Notes under the pieces: generated by a model
Told to the model about the DNA's origin: nothing
Seen by the model: the letters and a program-made list of their open reading frames with translations, nothing else
The model's database searches: none
Program-made: the position numbers and the translations under genes
Virus record (IMG/VR): IMGVR_UViG_3300037247_001852
Location: 1 to 60,189 of that record
Reading direction: 5' to 3' (one strand)
Length of the DNA: 60,189 nt
Source of the DNA: a virus
Lineage: Duplodnaviria; Caudoviricetes
Shown: one piece after another, positions 54,288-60,189 of the stretch
Layout: the number at the start of each line of letters is the position of its first letter
How positions within the stretch are numbered: position 1 is the stretch's first letter

Positions 54288-55223
54288 ATGCCGCGCCGCG
54301 TCCCGCCAGAGTACAAGATCGTCCTTGAGCGCCACCAGCGCCAGCTCGAGCGGCTCGTCCGCCGCCGCGGCGCCGCGCAGATGAAGAAGCTCTACGACCA
54401 GGCCACCGACGAGTTGATGCGAAAGCTCGCGCGCCAGGCCGGCCGCGGCGGCGCGACGTTCACCACGACGACGAGGCGATCCCTCCTCATGCAGTTGCGA
54501 TCCGGAATGATCCAACTCACGCAAAGACTCAGGGGCGAGCTCGGGGACGCCAGCCTCGCCACACAGGTCGAGTCGATACGGACGCTCGCGCGGTCGGTGG
54601 CGCAGCTCGAGCGCAAGTTCACGGGCGCGATCATCTCGCTGCCCGTCGAGGAGGCCGGGCGGTTCGCCGGCGTGATCGACAAGAGCCGGACGTCGCTGTT
54701 GCGCGCGCACGACACGTCGATGGCGCGCTACGGCTTCACGATGGTGCGGGGCTTCGAGAGGGATATGTCGATGTCGCTGCTCACCGGGCAGACGACGTCG
54801 CAGGCGATCGACCGGCTTCGCGAGCGCGCGGAACTGGAGTGGTACCAGGGCGAGCGCATCGTGCGGACCGAGTTGGCGTGGGCGTACAACGCGAGCCAGG
54901 CCGACGCCATCGAGGACGCCACGAAGATCGCGCCCGACCTCATGATGCGCTGGAACGAGCACGTCTCGGAGGGCGGCACGCCGCTCGACGACCGCGTGGG
55001 CGACGACTCGATCGCGATGCACGGCCAGGTCGCCCCCGCCGGCGGCGTGTTCACGATGCCGCCGCGGACGAAGGCGGGCGTGGCCGTGTCGCGGACGCTC
55101 GTTGGCGACACGTGGTCCCACCCGCCCAACCGACCGAACGACCGCGCCGTCCTGGCGCCGTGGCGACCGCACTGGGGCGTGCCCGGGTGGATCTGGAAGG
55201 GACGACGCGTTCCTGTTGGTTGA
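54288..55223 (+). CDS. Head morphogenesis protein (SPP1 gp7/MuF-like)
   Basis: RIVRTELAWAYN, D.RV..DS..MHGQ, HPPNRPNDRAVL. Confidence 0.85.
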   Translation: MPRRVPPEYKIVLERHQRQLERLVRRRGAAQMKKLYDQATDELMRKLARQAGRGGATFTTTTRRSLLMQLRSGMIQLTQRLRGELGDASLATQVESIRTLARSVAQLERKFTGAIISLPVEEAGRFAGVIDKSRTSLLRAHDTSMARYGFTMVRGFERDMSMSLLTGQTTSQAIDRLRERAELEWYQGERIVRTELAWAYNASQADAIEDATKIAPDLMMRWNEHVSEGGTPLDDRVGDDSIAMHGQVAPAGGVFTMPPRTKAGVAVSRTLVGDTWSHPPNRPNDRAVLAPWRPHWGVPGWIWKGRRVPVG

Positions 55224-55248
55224 CGCCGTCGTTCGCTGCGAGTAGAGT
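55220..55248 (+). promoter_or_regulatory. Sigma70-type promoter
   Basis: TTGACG-17 nt-TAGAGT. Confidence 0.65.
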
Positions 55249-55293
55249 CTGGGTGTTCAGGGGGAGATCCCCCCGCCACCCGGAGGACGACCG

Positions 55294-55671
55294 ATGGAGA
55301 TGAATCCCGAGGCCCTGGCCTCATTCGGAAACGCTGGCGAGACCGAAGCGCCCGCCGAAGAGACCGCCACCGAGGAGACGCCAGAGGAGACTCCGGTCAC
55401 CGAAGGCGAGGAGTGGGCGGCCGCCCAGAAGAAGGCCGCCGACAAGGGCGAGGAGTTCTCCGTCGCCGCGGAGGAGGCCGTCGCCCTCGGCGAGATCTGC
55501 GAGGAGTGCGACGACGACACGCTCAAGGCGGCGGAGTCGCTGGCCGAGGAGGCCAAGGTGTTCTCCGAGGACGCGGTCGAGATCGCGGCCGTCGCCGAGG
55601 AGAAGGTCGAGGAGGCCGCCGTCGAGATGGCCGCGGAGATGGGCGACGAGGAGCCCGCCGCAAACCCTTAG
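55294..55671 (+). CDS. Highly acidic protein; probably extended to 55922 by -1 frameshift
   Basis: GGAGG RBS; E/A-rich; ends A_AAC_CCT_TAG. Confidence 0.75.
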   Translation: MEMNPEALASFGNAGETEAPAEETATEETPEETPVTEGEEWAAAQKKAADKGEEFSVAAEEAVALGEICEECDDDTLKAAESLAEEAKVFSEDAVEIAAVAEEKVEEAAVEMAAEMGDEEPAANP

Positions 55672-55739
55672 CAGGCGGCGACGTCGACGCAGCCGCCGCC
55701 GCGGAAGAAGTGGAGAACGGGGAGGCGAACCCCGAGACG

Positions 55740-55922
55740 ATGGCCCTGATGGAGGGCTACGACCCGGACCTCGACGGGAACCCGCCGGCCTGGGTCGCCG
55801 ACGAGGGCACGTGGGACCGCGCGAAGAGGGCGGTCGACCCGACCGGCAAGGGCGCTGACTACATGGAGCCCTGGGCAGTCGTCGCGCACGTTTACGAAAA
55901 GATGGGGGGCGGCAAGAAGTAG
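55740..55922 (+). CDS. Small helical domain (NPPAWV.DE..W..AK...W..V..VY..MGG); independent gene or frameshift extension
   Basis: Frame open upstream across the 55671 stop with the same acidic composition. Confidence 0.65.
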   Translation: MALMEGYDPDLDGNPPAWVADEGTWDRAKRAVDPTGKGADYMEPWAVVAHVYEKMGGGKK

Positions 55923-55986
55923 CTACACCAAATGCGGCGGTCGCCGGTAGACCGCGCATCCGCCGGCGGCCGTCCATACGATCTAC

Positions 55987-56016
55987 TTGCGCGCGCTCAC
56001 GTTCGCGCGGTAGCAT
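55987..56016 (+). promoter_or_regulatory. Possible promoter for the small-protein array and capsid genes
   Basis: TTGCGC-18 nt-TAGCAT, 8 nt before ATG 56025. Confidence 0.5.
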
Positions 56017-56024
56017 TCCAACAG

Positions 56025-56237
56025 ATGGCCGAACGCGATCCCATCCTCCGACCCGAAGACGGCGTCATCGACGCCGACGCCGAACTGCCCGGCAACGCGT
56101 CGGTGATCCACAAGCCGCCGACGCACCCGTCGCGCCAGGCGAAGGGGGATCTGCCGCAGGAAGTCCCGAAGCTCGGTCGCGGCCTCACGAAGTCTGGCCT
56201 GTCGCACGCCGGGCCGCCGTTCAAGAACCTCAAGTAG
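56025..56237 (+). CDS. Small disordered protein 1 (ends PPFKNLK)
   Basis: ATG at 56025; C-terminal motif shared with neighbours. Confidence 0.75.
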   Translation: MAERDPILRPEDGVIDADAELPGNASVIHKPPTHPSRQAKGDLPQEVPKLGRGLTKSGLSHAGPPFKNLK

Positions 56238-56244
56238 GAGCGCC

Positions 56245-56439
56245 ATGCCCGGTAAAGTCAGAGAGCAAGCAGAGAAGCACGGCATCGCGGGCAACCGCGA
56301 CGAGGGCATCTCCTACGACGGGCCCAACGGCGTCCCCGAGGGCCCCGACGCGCAGAACCAGCCGTACAAGCAGGGCGGCGCCCCGTCGACCACGCCCAAG
56401 CCGAGCCCCCACACCACCCCGTTCAAGAACCTGAAGTAA
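56245..56439 (+). CDS. Small disordered protein 2 (ends TPFKNLK)
   Basis: AGGAG RBS; shared C-terminal motif. Confidence 0.8.
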   Translation: MPGKVREQAEKHGIAGNRDEGISYDGPNGVPEGPDAQNQPYKQGGAPSTTPKPSPHTTPFKNLK

Positions 56440-56451
56440 GGAGCGTCCGCG

Positions 56452-56700
<249 letters not shown>

Positions 56701-56725
56701 TCGCGCGACCGCGGAGGTAGAGAAC

Positions 56726-56944
56726 ATGCCCACCAAGAACGAAGAGAACGCCAACAGCATCGGCCAGGAGCGTCAGCACAACGACGCGACCCAGCAGTAC
56801 GACGCCGAGCACGGAGCTCACCGCGACAACGTCGAGGGGATGCCCCAGGACGACAAGCTGCCGACGGGCGAGCTGCCCCAGGCGCCCGACCCGAGCCCGT
56901 TCCGCATCGGCCCGCTGGGCGGCGGCGCCGACGGCGGCCGCTAG
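56726..56944 (+). CDS. Small disordered protein 4 (PSPFRI plus Gly tail)
   Basis: GGAGG RBS; shared motif. Confidence 0.8.
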   Translation: MPTKNEENANSIGQERQHNDATQQYDAEHGAHRDNVEGMPQDDKLPTGELPQAPDPSPFRIGPLGGGADGGR

Positions 56945-56962
56945 CACCGACCCCGGGGAACG

Positions 56963-57352
56963 TTGGCGGACCAGGCGAAGCTGATCGGAACCCTCACGGT
57001 GGACCCGCTCTCGGGTCAGCCGTCGGGGAGCCCGTCGATCGACATCCCGATCGAGGAGCTGCTCCAGCTCAAGCGGTCTGGCCACGTCACGCAGGTCGAC
57101 CTCGAGACCGACGCCCCGGAGTCCGTCAACTTCGGCGACCTCGCCCAGGCCGAGGTCGTCTACATCCGCGCGTTCGGCGGCAAAGTCAAGGCGAGCTTCA
57201 CCAGCGCGGACGGCGCCGCTCAGACTATTCCGGTCGATCCGACCTGCATCCTGTTCTGCTCGCGAGAACCGATCACCGCCTTAGACTTGACGCGAGTCGC
57301 GGGCGCAGGTACCACTGTAAAGGTCAAAGTGCTGCTAGGCGAGAAGGTCTAG
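56963..57352 (+). CDS. Beta-rich virion/head accessory protein (putative)
   Basis: Alternating hydrophobic pattern; position in head module. Confidence 0.6.
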   Translation: MADQAKLIGTLTVDPLSGQPSGSPSIDIPIEELLQLKRSGHVTQVDLETDAPESVNFGDLAQAEVVYIRAFGGKVKASFTSADGAAQTIPVDPTCILFCSREPITALDLTRVAGAGTTVKVKVLLGEKV

Positions 57353-57370
57353 CGCGGAGGAACCCCGACA

Positions 57371-57784
57371 ATGGCGACAGTCACCGAAACCGAAGACATC
57401 CAGAAGATCCTCAACCAGGGCCGCGCCGACCAGGTGCCCGACGCCCTCAACCTGATCGACTTCGGCGACATGCTCGAGGCGGTCGAAGAGGAGATCGACA
57501 AGAGCGACGCCGTCGCGGTCATCACCCTCGGTGACGACACGGCGCTCGACGCGGCCAAGGGTCGCGGTGCGCTGATGGTCCAGTCCGTCGAGGTCCTCAC
57601 CGGGTCGGCAGCCGCCGGCAGCCGCATCGTCGTCCCGTCCACCGACGCCGCCTCGGCCACCGAGGTCGTGCTGTCGGCCGACGGCACCACCCTCACGTTC
57701 GAGGCCAACGTCGGCACGGTCCAGGTCCGCTGGATCCCGGCACCCAAGGTCGCGTTGTCCACCAAGTTCGCCCCGACCTCCTAG
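57371..57784 (+). CDS. Putative head decoration/structural protein
   Basis: GGAGG RBS; V/T/A/S-rich; upstream of scaffold. Confidence 0.6.
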   Translation: MATVTETEDIQKILNQGRADQVPDALNLIDFGDMLEAVEEEIDKSDAVAVITLGDDTALDAAKGRGALMVQSVEVLTGSAAAGSRIVVPSTDAASATEVVLSADGTTLTFEANVGTVQVRWIPAPKVALSTKFAPTS

Positions 57785-57942
57785 CCCGAGCATTTTCCCG
57801 GACCAGGAACGGAGCCCAACCCAAGCGCGCTCATGCACCGCTACTCGGACCATAGCCCTGCTGTTCTCCGCCACCACGCGACGGCGGCGGAATCAACAGT
57901 CGGATCGGCCCGGAGGAAGCAGCGCACAGCGAAGAGGACACG

Positions 57943-58959
57943 ATGCCGAACGCGCCAGCCGAGAATGGGGCGGCCAAGCCGACCGAGAATCCTCCTGACG
58001 GAGGAGAGACCGGCAGCAACGGCGTAGCCCAAGGAGCCAACGGAGAAGTCCAAGCACAGCCGCCGCCAGATCCGCCGCACGGCCAACAGCCGCCGGTAGG
58101 AGACGACGACGCTGCCCTCGGGATCACTTCAGACGGCAAAGTTCACTCGGTTCCGCAAGAGGCGTTCTCCAAGCTCAAGGAGCGAGAGCGCGAAAGGGGA
58201 AGGGAAGAAGCACAGCAGGCACACCAACGATGGCTCGACGAGCAAGCCAAAGCGCAAGGGTTCGACTCCTTCGCGGCCTTCATGGCCGCGGCGAAGCCGC
58301 CCGAGCCGCCGCCGCAAGCCGCCGCGCCACCGCCGCCTGTTAAGCCAGAGCCCGATCCACCGAAGGAGGAACCAGTGCCGCCCGTAGAGACCCCCAAGGG
58401 ACAGGAACCCACGCCCGACCCCAAGCCGTCACGCACCGGCATGACCGCGCGCGCTCGAATCCGCTTCCGCAAGGAGCGCAGCAAGCACGCGTCGAACATG
58501 CAGAAGATGCGCGGCCGCAACAAGAAGCTGGAGGGAGAGCGCAACGCGCTCAAGGGCCAGCTCGCTCAGCAGCAGACGGAGACGGAGCTACGAGAGATCG
58601 CGATCAAGACCGGGGTAACGGACCTCGACTACGCGATGACGCTGCTCCGTCGAGAGCTGAAGGGGAAGACCGCGGAGGACCTCAAGGACTTCAAGCCGAA
58701 CGACTTCTTCGAGGGGTTGCGGGAACCACGCCCCCACCTCTTCTCGGAAGTGAAGGTGCCGGCGACCACCGGGACCGAGGACGGAGCGGAGACCCCGCCA
58801 CCACAGACCCCAGCGGCGGCTGCTCAACAGGTGGCCGACGGTGCGAGGATCGACGCGACGAAGATGACGGACGAGGAGTTCAAGGCCTACCTGCGCAAGC
58901 GCGGGTGGAGCCAGAACGCCACGACTCCGGGCGGCGACCGAGCGACTCGCTCGGGCTAG
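57943..58959 (+). CDS. Capsid scaffolding protein
   Basis: Pro-rich disordered segments and coiled coils; P.LF motif; immediately upstream of the capsid gene. Confidence 0.8.
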   Translation: MPNAPAENGAAKPTENPPDGGETGSNGVAQGANGEVQAQPPPDPPHGQQPPVGDDDAALGITSDGKVHSVPQEAFSKLKERERERGREEAQQAHQRWLDEQAKAQGFDSFAAFMAAAKPPEPPPQAAAPPPPVKPEPDPPKEEPVPPVETPKGQEPTPDPKPSRTGMTARARIRFRKERSKHASNMQKMRGRNKKLEGERNALKGQLAQQQTETELREIAIKTGVTDLDYAMTLLRRELKGKTAEDLKDFKPNDFFEGLREPRPHLFSEVKVPATTGTEDGAETPPPQTPAAAAQQVADGARIDATKMTDEEFKAYLRKRGWSQNATTPGGDRATRSG

Positions 58960-59022
58960 CCGATCTTCTGCGCTTCGTACCTTCGCTCCGCCCTGGACTA
59001 ACCCACAACGGAGCGCAGAACC

Positions 59023-60189
59023 ATGCCGGACTTTTCAGTCATCCTGCAGACCCCCGAGATTCGGGACATCGTCCAGGAGCGGATCCTCGAGCGCGCGTTT
59101 CACGATGCGCTCTTCCCTCGGTTGCTCTACCGCGGCGAGGCCGCCCCCGAAGAGTGGCCGGCCAACGTCGGCGACTCGATGGTGTTCACGGGCGTCGGCC
59201 TCATCAAGCCGAAGCTCAAGCCGCTGAGGCCGGGCGAGGACCCGCTCCCCAGCGACTACGAGAAGGAGCAGTGGGAGGCGACGATCCAGCAGTGGGCGGA
59301 CACGATCGACTCCCACATGCCGTCGTCCATCAACGCGGTGGCGAGCCTGTTCATGCGCAACGCGCAGCAGCTCGGGCTCAACGCGGGCCAGGTGCTCAAC
59401 CGCCTCGTCCGCAACCGGCTGTTCAACGCCGGGCTCGGCGGCCACACCGTGACCAGCGCGTCCGTCGCCGCGGCGAACGCGGTGCCGGTCCAGCGGCTCA
59501 ACGGGTTCACCAAGGCGCGACGGCCGGACCTGCCGGCGGGATCGGCCGTCCGCTTCGACACCGTGTCGGCGGCGAACCCGCTCGCGGTCCAGGTGTTCGA
59601 CACCGGCGTCGGCGACTTCGTGCAGCGCAACGTGATCGCGTTCGTGGCCGACGCCGCCGGCGACGAGGAGGGTCCCGGGACGCTCACCGTCGATGGCGCC
59701 GCCGTCACCATGGCGGCCCGCGGAGCCGTCATCGCGGACGACCGCACCAACCTGGTCCGCGTCGGCGGCGGGTTCTCGGTCGACTCGATCGGCTCGAACG
59801 ACCTGCTCCGCCTCGCGGACATCCGGTCGGCGGTCGCTCGGTTCTGGCAGCAGAACGTGCCCGCCCACCCGGACGGCAGGTTCCACTGCCACCTCGACCC
59901 GACGTCGCAGGCCCAGGTCTTCGCGGACCCGGAGTTCCAGCGGCTGCTCACCGCGTTGCCGGACCACTACATGTACCGCGAGTTCGCCCTGGGCGAGCTG
60001 CTCGGGACGGTGTTCTTCCGCAACTCGGAGAACCCGCTGGCCGAGACGGTCGGCGACGGCGACGTGACCATCTTCGACGAGGACGACCCGTTCGCGGGCG
60101 AGCTCACGAGCGACGGCACCGCCGCCGGCGTCCCGATCCACCGGCCGCTGTTCACGGGCCAGGCCGCGATCTACGAGTACTACCAGGAG
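59023..60189 (+). CDS. Major capsid protein, 3' truncated (absent from the ORF track)
   Basis: GGAG RBS, ATG 59023, open to window end: MPDFSVILQTPEIRDIVQERILERAFHDALFPRLLYR...QLGLNAGQVLNRLVRNRLF; follows scaffold. Confidence 0.85.
   Translation, partial: MPDFSVILQTPEIRDIVQERILERAFHDALFPRLLYRGEAAPEEWPANVGDSMVFTGVGLIKPKLKPLRPGEDPLPSDYEKEQWEATIQQWADTIDSHMPSSINAVASLFMRNAQQLGLNAGQVLNRLVRNRLFNAGLGGHTVTSASVAAANAVPVQRLNGFTKARRPDLPAGSAVRFDTVSAANPLAVQVFDTGVGDFVQRNVIAFVADAAGDEEGPGTLTVDGAAVTMAARGAVIADDRTNLVRVGGGFSVDSIGSNDLLRLADIRSAVARFWQQNVPAHPDGRFHCHLDPTSQAQVFADPEFQRLLTALPDHYMYREFALGELLGTVFFRNSENPLAETVGDGDVTIFDEDDPFAGELTSDGTAAGVPIHRPLFTGQAAIYEYYQE

Overview
A GC-rich tailed-phage (Caudoviricetes) genome segment with dense, overlapping genes and no host housekeeping genes. 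Left to right: (1) a lysis end with spanin-like membrane proteins, tiny promoter-terminator units, two Zn-ribbon proteins and an amidase endolysin (1-2.8 kb, +); (2) a leftward early arm of small hypotheticals, Ref/HNH-like nucleases, a long ParB and DUF3560, then a DNA-modification block (ParB-N, two C5 methyltransferases, UDG-like), a DEDDh exonuclease and RecT/YqaJ (2.8-19.9 kb, -); (3) a divergent Cro-like regulator and rightward replication arm with initiator, DnaB, MT-A70 methylase, HNH, RusA, RlpA-like, SMC-like and HerA-like ATPases (20-29 kb, +); (4) about 45 small accessory ORFs including a C2H2 protein, a Cys-rich sigma70-region-4 protein and candidate anti-defence sponges (29-45.7 kb); (5) packaging and head genes: TerS, TerL, portal, MuF-like protein, scaffold and a major capsid gene running off the right edge. 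I found no integrase, tRNA or CRISPR array. The most unusual signals are in the head module: four tandem small disordered paralogues sharing a C-terminal PF(K/R) motif, an adjacent candidate -1 frameshift, and a promoter-driven perfect 23-bp hairpin cassette whose promoter matches the early-arm promoter. All family calls come from motif recognition by eye; no searches were run. A Myxococcota-like host is an inference only.
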